Source: Clostridiales bacterium (lineage in GTDB: Bacteria > Bacillota > Clostridia > Oscillospirales > Oscillospiraceae). From it: a stretch of 64,000 bases of DNA. Below are positions 18,645 to 28,732 of the stretch, piece by piece. The notes beneath the pieces are model-generated. The model ran no database searches and was not told where the DNA came from. It was given only the letters and a program-made list of their open reading frames with translations. How positions within the stretch are numbered: position 1 is the stretch's first letter; every line of letters begins with the position of its first letter. Location: positions 517-64,516 of the forward strand of contig JAAYOL010000016.1 in assembly GCA_012520395.1 (NCBI GenBank), written 5' to 3'. Made by a program: the position numbers and the translations under genes.

Positions 18645-18705
18645 CTGTCCTGAAAGCTGCATTAATTGTACCTGCGGTAAATAAGTTATAGAGAGTTATA
18701 TAATA

Positions 18706-18730
18706 GGGGCTGTAGATAACAGCTCCTTTT
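18706..18730 (+). terminator. Possible terminator/attenuator between carD and ispD
   Basis: GGGGCTG-TAGATAA-CAGCTCC followed by TTTT (one G-U pair). Confidence 0.45.
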
Positions 18731-18762
18731 ATGTAAAAGCATAATCGAAACGGGGTCATATT

Positions 18763-19512
18763 ATGTCAGGCTTGCTGTCAAAGCTCTTTAAATCTTCAAA
18801 ATGGAAAAAGAACGAACGCCTTTTCTGCAGCGCCATAATTCTTGCCGCAGGAAGCGGCGTAAGAATGAACGGACTGAACAAGCTGTTTGCGGAAATTGAT
18901 GGTGAGCCGGTCCTTGTTCACACGCTCAGAGCATTTGAATTAAGTCCCGAGGTGGACGAGATAATAATAGTGGCAAGGCCCGAGGAAGTCGGAGATATAA
19001 GCGTACTTGTTAAAGACTACGATATTTCAAAGGTTACAAAAATAATCCGCGGCGGCGAAAAGAGGCAGGATTCCGCTTATATCGGGCTTATGGAGGTATC
19101 CTCAAATTCGCTTCTTGCGGCGATACACGACGCAGCGCGCCCTCTTGTGACACAAGAGGTTATTTCTGATGCAATCAGAACAGCTGCTCAGTTTAACGCG
19201 GCGGTACCCGGGGTGCCGGTTAAGGACACGGTCAAGGTTGTAAAATCCGGGGAGATTCTGAGCACGCCGGACAGGGACACACTGTATGCGATACAGACTC
19301 CGCAGGTGTTCAAGACCGATATTATTAAGGCGGCGCTGACGGATGCAATACGCTCTAAGGCGATACTTACCGACGACTGTATGGCCGTCGAAAAGCTGGG
19401 CCTTACAGTTAAAGTCACACAAGGTGATTATGAGAATATAAAAATTACAACTCCCTCCGATATTTTCGCCGCTGAGGCTATACTCAGAGAGAGGAGTGTT
19501 TGTGAAGTATGA
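18763..19512 (+). CDS. ispD: 2-C-methyl-D-erythritol 4-phosphate cytidylyltransferase
   Basis: [12 protein letters not shown] motif. 249 aa. Overlaps the ispF start. Confidence 0.9.
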   Translation: MSGLLSKLFKSSKWKKNERLFCSAIILAAGSGVRMNGLNKLFAEIDGEPVLVHTLRAFELSPEVDEIIIVARPEEVGDISVLVKDYDISKVTKIIRGGEKRQDSAYIGLMEVSSNSLLAAIHDAARPLVTQEVISDAIRTAAQFNAAVPGVPVKDTVKVVKSGEILSTPDRDTLYAIQTPQVFKTDIIKAALTDAIRSKAILTDDCMAVEKLGLTVKVTQGDYENIKITTPSDIFAAEAILRERSVCEV

Positions 19513-20000
19513 GAATCGGACACGGTTATGATGTGCACCGCTTCAAGATAGGCAGAAGGCTGGTTCTCGGCGGTGTTGAGATACCTTACACCGAAGGACT
19601 TGACGGGCACTCCGACGCGGATGTGGTAATTCACGCCCTCATGGACGCTCTTTTGGGCGCGGCGGCCCTCGGAGATATTGGAATGTACTTTCCGCCCGGG
19701 GATCCCCAGTTTAAGGGCGCTGACAGTATGGACCTGCTTGATAGAGTTTTGGAGCTTATAACGGCCGCCAATTATAAGATTGGAAACGTGGATATAACAA
19801 TAATAGCCCAGCAGCCTAAGCTCTATAATTTTATACCTGATATGCAGGAAAATATCGCCAGGGCGCTGAAAGTGGACATTCGTAATGTAAATCTGAAGGC
19901 GACGACCGAGGAGGGGCTGGGCTTTACGGGCGCCTGTCTCGGCATAGCTGCACATGCCGTGGCGCTACTAAAGGAAAAGGGCGGTTTTCGCTTTCTGTAA
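19509..20000 (+). CDS. ispF: 2-C-methyl-D-erythritol 2,4-cyclodiphosphate synthase
   Basis: [12 protein letters not shown]...GHSDADV motifs. 163 aa. Confidence 0.95.
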   Translation: MRIGHGYDVHRFKIGRRLVLGGVEIPYTEGLDGHSDADVVIHALMDALLGAAALGDIGMYFPPGDPQFKGADSMDLLDRVLELITAANYKIGNVDITIIAQQPKLYNFIPDMQENIARALKVDIRNVNLKATTEEGLGFTGACLGIAAHAVALLKEKGGFRFL

Positions 20001-20009
20001 GGAGATCAG

Positions 20010-20597
20010 ATGAACTTTTTCAATTCAGAATTTATTAAATCCGCAGCTTCTGAGCGGGATTTTATAGCTGATGGCTTGCCCCAGATAGTTTTCTCGGGCA
20101 GGTCAAACGTCGGCAAATCCTCCGTAATAAACAGACTGTTGGGAAGAAAGAATTTTGCGAGAGTGGCAAGCAGGCCCGGAAAGACCGCGCACGTCAACTA
20201 TTTCCTCATTGATAAAACCGCCTATTTTACCGACCTTCCCGGCTACGGCTATGCAAAGGTGTCCGAATCAGAAAAAAAGCGCTGGGCAAGGCTAATGGAG
20301 AGCTACTTTGGCACGGAGGGGCTCATCACACTTGGTGTAATGATAGTTGACAGCCGCCATAAGCCCACTGCCGATGATATTCTTATGTCAAATTGGTTTA
20401 AATCCACAGGCTGTCCGCTTATCGTAGTTGCAAATAAGGCCGACAAGCTCAAAAAGAGCGAGATTGCGCCCAACCTTGAAAGGATAAGGCTCACTCTGGG
20501 ACTTGAGCAAGGGATACCAGTAATCCTGTTTTCTGCTGAAAAGGGGACCGGGCGTGAGGAACTGATTGCAGAAATAGAAAGGCACCTTGGACAGTGA
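20010..20597 (+). CDS. engB: Ribosome biogenesis GTPase YsxC/EngB
   Basis: GRSNVGKSSVIN G1 motif, DLPGYGYAK, NKADK. 195 aa. Confidence 0.92.
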   Translation: MNFFNSEFIKSAASERDFIADGLPQIVFSGRSNVGKSSVINRLLGRKNFARVASRPGKTAHVNYFLIDKTAYFTDLPGYGYAKVSESEKKRWARLMESYFGTEGLITLGVMIVDSRHKPTADDILMSNWFKSTGCPLIVVANKADKLKKSEIAPNLERIRLTLGLEQGIPVILFSAEKGTGREELIAEIERHLGQ

Positions 20598-20610
20598 CAG
20601 GCAATTTGCT

Positions 20611-21282
20611 ATGAGATTTAAAGATGTAATTTTAAACATGGACTGGTCGTACATTACAAACCTCTTGTATACGATTTTGCCGGCTCTGGTGTGCATTGTC
20701 ATACACGAGATGAGCCACAGCTTCGCGGCCTATAAGCTCGGCGACAGAACCTCAGAGCAGCAGGGGCGGATGAGCTTAAACCCGCTTCGGCATATTGACC
20801 CGATAGGTCTTCTAATGCTTATTGTGTTTCGCTTCGGATGGGCTAAGCCGGTATCGGTCAATATGTATAATTTTAAAAATCCAAAGCGTGATATGGCGCT
20901 GACCGCCCTGGCGGGGCCAGCTTCCAATATTGTGCTCGCCGCATTCTGCCTTCTGCTATATGGACTTTTATGGCGGACCCTTTATTTTAGCTCCTTCGGC
21001 GGAACTGTACTTGAGTTTTTGCGCACAACGGCCTATCTCAGCGTTTCACTGGGCGTTTTTAACCTGATACCGATTCCGCCGCTGGACGGCTCTAAGGTTT
21101 TGTTCTCTCTGCTCCCGAACAGGCTATATATTAAGCTGATGATGTATGAGCGCTATGGAGTACTGCTGCTTATGCTCATCGTGTTTACGGGCGCGCTCAG
21201 CGAACCCATTTACAGGACGTCCGCGGCTGTGTTTAACAGCCTGTTCGAAGTTGCGGAATTTGCGCACAAGCTTGTATCATAG
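20611..21282 (+). CDS. Site-2 protease family (peptidase M50) membrane metalloprotease
   Basis: HEMSH zinc motif inside a TM segment and NLIPIPPLDG in a later one. Start uncertain: ATG 20611, or the upstream TTG 20587 of the ORF track. Confidence 0.8.
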   Translation: MRFKDVILNMDWSYITNLLYTILPALVCIVIHEMSHSFAAYKLGDRTSEQQGRMSLNPLRHIDPIGLLMLIVFRFGWAKPVSVNMYNFKNPKRDMALTALAGPASNIVLAAFCLLLYGLLWRTLYFSSFGGTVLEFLRTTAYLSVSLGVFNLIPIPPLDGSKVLFSLLPNRLYIKLMMYERYGVLLLMLIVFTGALSEPIYRTSAAVFNSLFEVAEFAHKLVS

Positions 21283-21293
21283 GAGGCCGGGAT

Positions 21294-22046
21294 ATGGAGA
21301 CTCCCACCTTTAAACTGGAGGGCATAGTCAAGTCCAAGGACGAAATGGAGGATTTTGAGGGCCCTTTGGCGCTCATACTGTTGCTTTTAAGTAAAAACAA
21401 GATAGAGATACGCGATGTTCAGATATCGGTCATACTCGAACAATACCTTGAGTATCTGGACGAGATGAAGCGGATGGACCTTGAAATTGCCAGTGAGTTT
21501 ATCGCAATGGCCTCGCATCTGACCTATATCAAGGCAAAAATGCTGCTATCCTCAGACGAGGAGCCGCCTTCAGAGCTTGAGACGCTTATGTCGTCGCTTG
21601 AGGAGCTAAGGCGCCGCGACTTATATGCGGGCATAAAATTTGCGGCGGAGTATCTGAGGGCCTGTCGCGAGCGTGGCATAGGCTACTTTACCAAGCCGCC
21701 GGAACCCCTTGACACAGACAGGTGCTACTCGTATATCCACCCCAAGGAGGATCTCGAAAAAGCCATTCTGGCAGTTTTGAGCAGGGGCGAGCTGGAAGCC
21801 GAAATTAGTCCGGAAATACTGACAATGCCACAGAAGATACCCTATTCCGTCTCGCAGAAGACCGAGGAAATACTCTCGGCGCTCAGAAGTCGCGGAACCG
21901 TCAGCATCCGCAGGCTGCTGACGGAAAGCCAAAGCCGTACGGAGATTATAGCAACCTTTGTAGCGGTACTTGAACTGTGCAAAATGGGCAGTATAATTTT
22001 AGTCGGAAGCGACGAAAATCCAGTCGTAAGCGCAACCGGAATCTGA
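21294..22046 (+). CDS. scpA: Segregation and condensation protein A
   Basis: FEGPLALILLLLSKNKIEIRDVQISVILEQYLEYL is typical ScpA. Followed by scpB. Confidence 0.92.
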   Translation: METPTFKLEGIVKSKDEMEDFEGPLALILLLLSKNKIEIRDVQISVILEQYLEYLDEMKRMDLEIASEFIAMASHLTYIKAKMLLSSDEEPPSELETLMSSLEELRRRDLYAGIKFAAEYLRACRERGIGYFTKPPEPLDTDRCYSYIHPKEDLEKAILAVLSRGELEAEISPEILTMPQKIPYSVSQKTEEILSALRSRGTVSIRRLLTESQSRTEIIATFVAVLELCKMGSIILVGSDENPVVSATGI

Positions 22047-22065
22047 GGAACGTACGGAGGTTTAA

Positions 22066-22665
22066 ATGCAAATAAAGGAACTAGAAGCGGCTCTTGAGGG
22101 CATTTTGTTCGCCGCAGGGGAGCCGGTGCAGATAAACAGAATAGCGGATGTGCTGGGACAGGACAGGCAGTTGATTTCCGATGCCGCCGACCGTCTTGCC
22201 GATACATATGCCTTTGAGCGCAGAGGAATCCGCCTTATTAAGCTTGAAAATTCGCTTCAGCTCTGCTCATCCCCCGAGTTTGCGGACCTCATTCGCAGGG
22301 TGCTGGAGGCCAGAAAGCCGCCCCAGCTATCTCAGACAGCGCTGGAGGTACTAGCCATAATAGCCTATTTTCAGCCTGTAACAAGGGCGCATGTTGAGAA
22401 AATAAGGGGCGTAGACAGCTCCTATACTGTCGGCAGCCTAGAGGATAAGGGCCTTATTGAGCCCTGCGGCAGACTCAAGGTGCCGGGCAGGCCCACAGTT
22501 TACCGCACGACCCCGGCTTTTCTCAGAAGCTTTGGACTTAAATCAATCGACGAGCTTCCCATGCTGCCGGAGACAGAGAAAAGCGAGGGACAGCTTGAGC
22601 TGCAAGATGCAATTTCTGCTCTTATTGAGCAGGAGGAAACGCAGTGCGGCGACCTGCTGTCTTAG
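22066..22665 (+). CDS. scpB: Segregation and condensation protein B
   Basis: LEAALEGILFAAGEPV N-terminus. 199 aa. Confidence 0.92.
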   Translation: MQIKELEAALEGILFAAGEPVQINRIADVLGQDRQLISDAADRLADTYAFERRGIRLIKLENSLQLCSSPEFADLIRRVLEARKPPQLSQTALEVLAIIAYFQPVTRAHVEKIRGVDSSYTVGSLEDKGLIEPCGRLKVPGRPTVYRTTPAFLRSFGLKSIDELPMLPETEKSEGQLELQDAISALIEQEETQCGDLLS

Positions 22666-22684
22666 ACCTGGGAGGTGAGGGGCC

Positions 22685-23278
22685 GTGACGGCTCTGTATA
22701 TTATACTGGCCCTTCTCGCGCTTATAGCCATACTGATGGTTTTGCGCGTAGGAATCGTTTTGCAGTACAGTGAGGAGGGCTTTCTGCTTGAGCTTATAGC
22801 CGGGCCTCGCTCTATACGCCTATATCCCCGTTCTGACAAGGCCAAGAGGCCTAAGAAAGAGAAAAAGCCGGACAGAGCACCTGAGAAAACCGAGCCCGAA
22901 AAAAAGGGCGGTGCAATGGAGGATTTCAAGGGAATCTGGGCATTTATAAAGAAAATAATAATCAGACTCAGGCACAAGTTCCGCATGGATGAGTTAATAA
23001 TCCATACAATGGCTGCCGGGGAGGATCCGGCAACCGTAGCCCTTTGTTATGGTGGAGTATCGGCGGCAATGGGTATGATTGTACCGGTTTTGGAGCACAA
23101 TTTTAATATTAAAAAGCGAGATATTAAGTCGACATTCAGCTTTGAACTCAAGGAACCTTGCATATTTTTCCGGGCAAAGCTTACCATGGCGGTGTGGCAG
23201 GTATTATATGTAGGCCTGCCGGCAGTTCTTGATTACATTAAATTGAAAAGAATCAAAGACGGAAAGGAAGAAAAATAG
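22685..23278 (+). CDS. DUF2953-type (YtfI-like) sporulation-associated membrane protein
   Basis: N-terminal TM helix, Lys/Pro/Glu-rich linker, and position directly upstream of a YtfJ/GerW homologue. GTG start after GGGAGGTGAGGGG. Confidence 0.6.
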   Translation: MTALYIILALLALIAILMVLRVGIVLQYSEEGFLLELIAGPRSIRLYPRSDKAKRPKKEKKPDRAPEKTEPEKKGGAMEDFKGIWAFIKKIIIRLRHKFRMDELIIHTMAAGEDPATVALCYGGVSAAMGMIVPVLEHNFNIKKRDIKSTFSFELKEPCIFFRAKLTMAVWQVLYVGLPAVLDYIKLKRIKDGKEEK

Positions 23279-23279
23279 T

Positions 23280-23669
23280 ATGGACAAGCATCCTATCGGA
23301 GACCTGATGGAAGTAACAATGGGCAAAATCCGTGATATGATCGATGTCAACACCGTTGTAGGCCAGCCGATAACCACCCCTGACGGAATTACGCTCATTC
23401 CTGTCTCAAAGCTCAGCTTCGGCTTCGGCAGCGGCGGCGGCGATTTCGTTTCGAAAAATCAAACTCCGGGTACCTCCAATCCCTTTGCCGGCGGAAGCGG
23501 GGCGGGCGTCAATATAGTCCCGGTCGCTTTTCTGGTAATAAAGGACACGAATGTCAGACTGGTGAGCATAGCGCCCCCTGCCAATACAACTATCGACAGG
23601 GTCATAGAGCTTGTGCCGGAGGTTCTGGACAAGGTGCAGGAAATGATTGGCAAGGAAAAGGAAAAATAA
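23280..23669 (+). CDS. ytfJ: GerW/YtfJ-family sporulation protein
   Basis: 129 aa. GQPITTPDGITLIPVSKLSFGFGSGGGDF is the characteristic YtfJ/GerW core. Confidence 0.85.
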   Translation: MDKHPIGDLMEVTMGKIRDMIDVNTVVGQPITTPDGITLIPVSKLSFGFGSGGGDFVSKNQTPGTSNPFAGGSGAGVNIVPVAFLVIKDTNVRLVSIAPPANTTIDRVIELVPEVLDKVQEMIGKEKEK

Positions 23670-23748
23670 TTCCTGCCCAAGCAAGCGGAAATTATTTTGC
23701 CGGGGCTTTTCCACCACATTTTAAATAAAATTCAGCTGCCCGAGAGAT

Positions 23749-23790
23749 AATAAGCACCTCCCACTACTATTTAGGGCGGTGCTTATTTTT
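23749..23790 (+). terminator. Hairpin plus T-run abutting the carboxypeptidase start (possible terminator of the ytfIJ unit)
   Basis: AATAAGCACC-19 nt loop-GGTGCTTATT followed by TTT. The T-run overlaps the TTG start at 23789. Confidence 0.35.
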
Positions 23791-24916
23791 GAGAAAAATT
23801 ACATTGATTACGATTCTTATATCCTTGCTCCTGTGCGGAAGGGCCGCAGCAACTCCGGATACCTCGGCAAGAGCGGCCATATTGCAGCTGAGCGACGGAA
23901 AAGTGCTCTACCAGCGCAATTCAGAGGCAAGGATGCTCATAGCAAGTACAACTAAAATAATGACGGCGCTCGTGGTGCTGGATAACTGCGACCCCGACGA
24001 AGTGGTAAAGGTCACCGCAGCATCCACGGCTATTGAGGGCTCCTCAATGTACCTTAAGGCGGGCGAGGAACTTACGGTAGAGGAGCTGCTGTATGGAATG
24101 CTCATTTCCTCCGGCAATGACGCGGCCCATGCCCTTGCACTGCACGTTGCCGGCAGTATTGAAGCCTTCGCGGAGCTGATGAATAAAAAGGTGGCAGAGC
24201 TCGGACTTGAGAATTCAAGCTTTAGGAACCCGCACGGTCTTGACCAGGATGGCCACTATTCCACAGCCTCTGACCTCGCTGCAATTGCCGCTAAGGCGCT
24301 GGAAAACGAGCTTTTTCGCGAGATTGTTTCAACAAAAAGTAAGGTGGTGGCGGGCCGCAGCCTTACAAATCACAACAGACTGCTCTGGAGCTATAAGGGC
24401 GCGCAGGGCGTCAAGACCGGCTACACAATGGCGGCGGGGAGAACGCTTGTATCCTGTGCTGAGCGGGACGGCCTAAGGCTCATATGCGTTACGCTCTGCG
24501 CTCCGGATGACTGGGACGACCATATGAAGCTCTACGATTGGGCCTTTTCTCAGTATAAGATGAACACAGTTGCAGAAAAGAATCAGGAATACTGCAGGGT
24601 TCCGGTGATTTCGGGGGTCTCCGATTCGGTGGCGGTCGGCTTTTCCGAGGATTGCCGCCTGCTACTTGCTGCCGATGACGTACTTGAAACAAAGATTCGG
24701 CTCCCGAAATTCGTTTACGCGCCGGTCTCGGAAGACGACATTGCGGGTGGATTGGAGATAATTGTAAATGGCGAGCTTATTAAAACCCTGCCCTTGACCT
24801 ATATGGAGACCGTTGAGCAGGACGAGGAGGTCAAGCTTAGCCTGTGGGGCAGAATAAAACACTGGTGGTATCTTGGAAATTCACAGGGCATTCAGTACAG
24901 GATGCTGCCATACTAA
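23789..24916 (+). CDS. Serine-type D-alanyl-D-alanine carboxypeptidase (peptidase S11, DacB/DacF-like)
   Basis: Signal peptide plus the SxxK (STTK), SxN (SSGN) and KTG (VKTGYT) motifs. 375 aa, TTG start. Confidence 0.88.
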   Translation: MRKITLITILISLLLCGRAAATPDTSARAAILQLSDGKVLYQRNSEARMLIASTTKIMTALVVLDNCDPDEVVKVTAASTAIEGSSMYLKAGEELTVEELLYGMLISSGNDAAHALALHVAGSIEAFAELMNKKVAELGLENSSFRNPHGLDQDGHYSTASDLAAIAAKALENELFREIVSTKSKVVAGRSLTNHNRLLWSYKGAQGVKTGYTMAAGRTLVSCAERDGLRLICVTLCAPDDWDDHMKLYDWAFSQYKMNTVAEKNQEYCRVPVISGVSDSVAVGFSEDCRLLLAADDVLETKIRLPKFVYAPVSEDDIAGGLEIIVNGELIKTLPLTYMETVEQDEEVKLSLWGRIKHWWYLGNSQGIQYRMLPY

Positions 24917-24943
24917 GCCCCGGGAGATTGAAATTATGATAAG

Positions 24944-24996
24944 GAGGCGCTGATTAAATCTAATGCGTCCACATAGACGCGATTTATCAGCGCCTC
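24944..24996. other. 53-nt imperfect hairpin (about 21 bp in three helices) between the carboxypeptidase gene and rluB
   Basis: GAGGCGCTGAT..AAATC..GCGTC-CACATA-GACGC-GATTT-ATCAGCGCCTC. No U-tract on either strand. Confidence 0.5.
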
Positions 24997-25044
24997 AACA
25001 AGACGGAAGCATGATATGTATATATTCCGGAATAGGGTGAAAGA

Positions 25045-25755
25045 ATGCAAGAAAGACTTCAAAAAATTATATCTGCACACGGACTGGCCTCGAGGCGTGA
25101 GGCAGAAAAGCTGATTGCCGACGGACAGGTTAAGGTCAATGGAAGGGTTGCCACGCTCGGCGACAAGGCAGATCCTGATAAGGACAGGATAGAGGTGCAG
25201 GGCGTTATGCTCGGTTCCCGCGGGAAAAGAGTATACATAATGCTTCATAAGCCGCGGGGCTATGTGACCACAATGAGCGACGAGCTCGGCAGGAAAACTG
25301 TCGCCGACCTTGTGAGCGATTGTCCGGAACGGGTCTATCCGGTGGGCAGACTCGACTATAACTCCGAGGGGCTTCTCATAATGACCAATGACGGGGATGT
25401 TGCCAACGCCCTTATGCACCCGTCCTTTGGAATAACCAAGACCTATCTTACAAAGGTCAGCGGCAAGGATATCGATGCCTCCGTCGCGGCTATGGGCGAG
25501 GAAATGACAATCGATGGCCGCAGGGTAAAAGCCGCCTCAATCAAGTTCATAGAAAAAAACGGTGATGAGGCCAGCCTGTATATTACCATAAATGAGGGGC
25601 GAAACAGGCAAGTACGAAAAATGTGCGAAATGTCGGGACTAACCGTCAAACGCTTAAAGCGCGTTTCAGAGGGGAAGCTTATGCTCGGAGACCTCAAATA
25701 CGGAAAATGGCGCTACCTCACTGATGCGGAAGTAAGATACCTGCGTTCCATATAG
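25045..25755 (+). CDS. rluB: 23S rRNA pseudouridine synthase RluB-like (S4 domain + RsuA/RluB catalytic domain)
   Basis: RLQKIISAHGLASRREAEKLI (S4 domain), GRLDYNSEGLLIMTNDG catalytic motif. Confidence 0.88.
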   Translation: MQERLQKIISAHGLASRREAEKLIADGQVKVNGRVATLGDKADPDKDRIEVQGVMLGSRGKRVYIMLHKPRGYVTTMSDELGRKTVADLVSDCPERVYPVGRLDYNSEGLLIMTNDGDVANALMHPSFGITKTYLTKVSGKDIDASVAAMGEEMTIDGRRVKAASIKFIEKNGDEASLYITINEGRNRQVRKMCEMSGLTVKRLKRVSEGKLMLGDLKYGKWRYLTDAEVRYLRSI

Positions 25756-25960
25756 CTTATAATTATGAATGCTTCTGAAGAAAAAACTGCAAAAAGCAGT
25801 TGATTTTATGCACTCTTCTCTGTATCATAATGGTATTAGTTAGGGGTTTTAGGTTTAAAGGCTTGATACTTTTTTGGGCAATGGCGCGCTGCCCATCCTA
25901 GCAGCAGTCTTTCACAAGCGGTTTGCCTCTGTGTGTGAGCAGAATTTACGGGGGGTTTAT

Positions 25961-26824
25961 ATGGATAAGGATGTAATATCAGCAATTGAAAAGAATTACT
26001 CGGGCTTTTCAAAAAGTCAGAGACGCATTGCCGAGTACCTCAGCAACAACTTCGATAAGGCCGCATTTATGACTGCGGCGAGGCTCGGCAAGACCGTCGG
26101 CGTCAGCGAATCCACGGTGGTTCGTTTCGCTTCGGAGCTGGGGTTTGACGGTTATCCGGGAATGCGCAAGGCTTTGCAGGAAATGATAAGGACGCACTCG
26201 ACCTCCATTCAGCGGATAAAGGTAACAAGAGATGTGATGGGGACGAAGGATGTGCTCGACACAGTCCTGCACTGGGATATGGAAAAGCTGCGGACCACCG
26301 CTGAGGAAACAAGCAGGGAAGCCTTTAACGCTGCGGTCAAGGCAATAGCGGGCGCGCGTAGGATTTACATACTCGGAACGCGCTCTTCCAAGGCGCTTTC
26401 CGTCTTCATGGGCTTTTATTTAAAACTGCTTTTTGACGATGTCAGGGTTGTCGACGACACCTCGATAACCGAGATATTTGAGCAGATGATGCGCCTTTCC
26501 GATGAGGACGTGGTAATTGGGATAAGCTTTCCGAGGTATTCAAGCCGAACCGTAAGAACGCTTGAATTTGCAAGAGACCGCTCGGCGACCGTCATAGGTA
26601 TCACCGACAATATAGATTCACCGATAGCCAAGGTTTCAGAGCTTAAGCTTCTAGCCAAGAGCGACATGGTGTCCTTTGTTGACTCCCTTGTTGCGCCCCT
26701 TTCGTTAATCAATGCCTTAATTGTTGCCCTCGGCTCTGAAACGGGTGACAAGCTTTCCAGAACCTTTAGCGAGCTTGAGAACTTATGGTCAGAATACGGG
26801 GTATACGAGAAAAGTGACAAATAA
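25961..26824 (+). CDS. MurR/RpiR-family transcriptional regulator (HTH + SIS domain)
   Basis: From ATG 25961: SKSQRRIAEYLSNNFDKAAFMTAARLGKTVGVSESTVVRF (HTH_6), then a SIS-like domain. Confidence 0.8.
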   Translation: MDKDVISAIEKNYSGFSKSQRRIAEYLSNNFDKAAFMTAARLGKTVGVSESTVVRFASELGFDGYPGMRKALQEMIRTHSTSIQRIKVTRDVMGTKDVLDTVLHWDMEKLRTTAEETSREAFNAAVKAIAGARRIYILGTRSSKALSVFMGFYLKLLFDDVRVVDDTSITEIFEQMMRLSDEDVVIGISFPRYSSRTVRTLEFARDRSATVIGITDNIDSPIAKVSELKLLAKSDMVSFVDSLVAPLSLINALIVALGSETGDKLSRTFSELENLWSEYGVYEKSDK

Positions 26825-28061
26825 TATCGTTATTGTAGGGGGCGGCGCCTCAGGCATGATGGCGGCAATCACCGCGGCGGAGAGCGGGGCCAGCGTCACG
26901 CTCCTTGAGAAAAATGAACGCTTGGGCGTTAAGCTCAGGATAACGGGTAAGGGGCGCTGCAATGTGACCAACAACTGTACGCCCGAAAAGCTTATGGAGA
27001 ACGTACCCCGAAACGGAAAATTCCTGTTTGGGGCATTTCGCGGCTTTACTCCCTCGGACACCATACTTTTTTTCGAGAAAATCGGAGTTCAGCTCAAAAC
27101 CGAGCGTGGCGGCAGAGTTTTTCCGGTGTCCAATCGTGCCTCGGATATTGCTGACGCGCTAGGCCGCCGCATGCAGCAGCTGGGGGTGGCTGTGAAAAAG
27201 GCCCGTGTCCTTTCCGTCAGTGCTGAGAACGGACGTGTAAGAGGCGTTAAAACCGAGGCCGGGGAGCTTCCTTGCGATGCAGCGATTATTTGCACCGGGG
27301 GAATGAGCTATCCAAGGACAGGCTCAAATGGCGAGGGATACCGCATCGCAGCCGGGCTTGGACATACGATAATCGGCGCAAAGCCCTCACTCATCGCTCT
27401 TGAAACAGACGATGAATACTGTCCGAGGATGCAGGGGCTGTCCCTCAAGAACGTGACGCTCAGAGCGTATAATAGGGATGGAAGGCGCATTTATGAGGAG
27501 CTTGGTGAAATGCAGTTTACGCACTTCGGAATATCGGGCCCCCTGGTTCTTTCCGCCAGCGCTCACATGCGCGACTTTGAAGCCGGAGGTTATACGGTCA
27601 AGATAGACTTAAAGCCCGGTCTTGACGAAAAAAAGCTGGATGCGCGCATCCTGCGGGACTTTGAGAAGTATTCAAACCGCGACTATAAAAACGCACTCGA
27701 CGACCTTTTGAGTCGTCTTATGATACCTGTAATTGTAGAGCGCTCGGGGATAGCCGAGGATACGAAGGTGCACTCCATAACCAGGCAGCAGCGGCAGGGC
27801 CTTGTTAGCCTACTCAAGGGCTTTCCCCTGAATATAACGGGCCCGCGTCCGATAGAGGAGGCAATAATAACCTCCGGTGGCGTTAACACACGGGAGATTA
27901 ATCCCTCTACAATGGAGTCAAAGCTTGTTAAAGGCTTGTACTTTGCCGGTGAGGTAATAGACGTCGACGCCTATACGGGTGGGTTTAACCTGCAAATAGC
28001 CTGGTCTACTGCTGTATCTGCCGGCAGAAGCGCGGCGAAGATAAAGGAGAACAGTTTATGA
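26814..28061 (+). CDS. BaiN/HI0933-like FAD-dependent flavoprotein (aminoacetone-oxidase family)
   Basis: [19 protein letters not shown] dinucleotide fold and C-terminal [27 protein letters not shown]-like tail. GTG 26814 start is inferred and has a weak SD. Confidence 0.75.
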   Translation: [415 protein letters not shown]

Positions 28062-28732
28062 AGCGAAGCGTAGCCATTGACGGCCCGTCGGGAGCGGGCA
28101 AGAGTACATTAGCCAGGAGTGTATCAAAAAAATTTGGCTTTATTTATGTGGACACCGGCGCTATTTACCGCGCAGTGGGGCTGTATGTACGTCAGAAGGG
28201 GGTTGCCCCCAAGGATGCTCCAGCAGTAGAGAGGCTTCTTCCGGACATTAGGATTGACATAGAGTATGACGATGACGGCGTGCAGCATATAATACTCAAC
28301 GGCGGCGACGTTTCAGACAAAATACGGGAGCCCGAAATCTCTATATATGCCTCGGACGTATCTGCAATGCCCGCAGTGAGGGCTTTTCTTCTTGATATGC
28401 AAAGGAACCTCGCCGGGCGCTACGACGTTGTTATGGACGGGCGCGACATAGGCACCGTGGTGCTTCCGAACGCAACTGTAAAGATTTTTCTGACCGCCTC
28501 CGCCGAGGCCAGGGCCGAGCGTAGGCACAAGGAGCTTAAGGAAAAGGGCATAGAATGCTCATATGATGAGGTCCTACGGGATATGGAATACCGGGACAAA
28601 AACGACAGCAGCAGGGCAATAGCACCCCTTAGGCCCGCGGAGGATTCCGTCCTTGTGGACACAACCGAGCTCACTCTTGAGGAGAGCGCGGAGAAAATAG
28701 CTGAAATTATATCGGAGAGAATAGGACTATGA
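28058..28732 (+). CDS. cmk: Cytidylate kinase
   Basis: IAIDGPSGAGKST P-loop. 224 aa. ATGA overlap with the upstream gene. Confidence 0.93.
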   Translation: MKRSVAIDGPSGAGKSTLARSVSKKFGFIYVDTGAIYRAVGLYVRQKGVAPKDAPAVERLLPDIRIDIEYDDDGVQHIILNGGDVSDKIREPEISIYASDVSAMPAVRAFLLDMQRNLAGRYDVVMDGRDIGTVVLPNATVKIFLTASAEARAERRHKELKEKGIECSYDEVLRDMEYRDKNDSSRAIAPLRPAEDSVLVDTTELTLEESAEKIAEIISERIGL

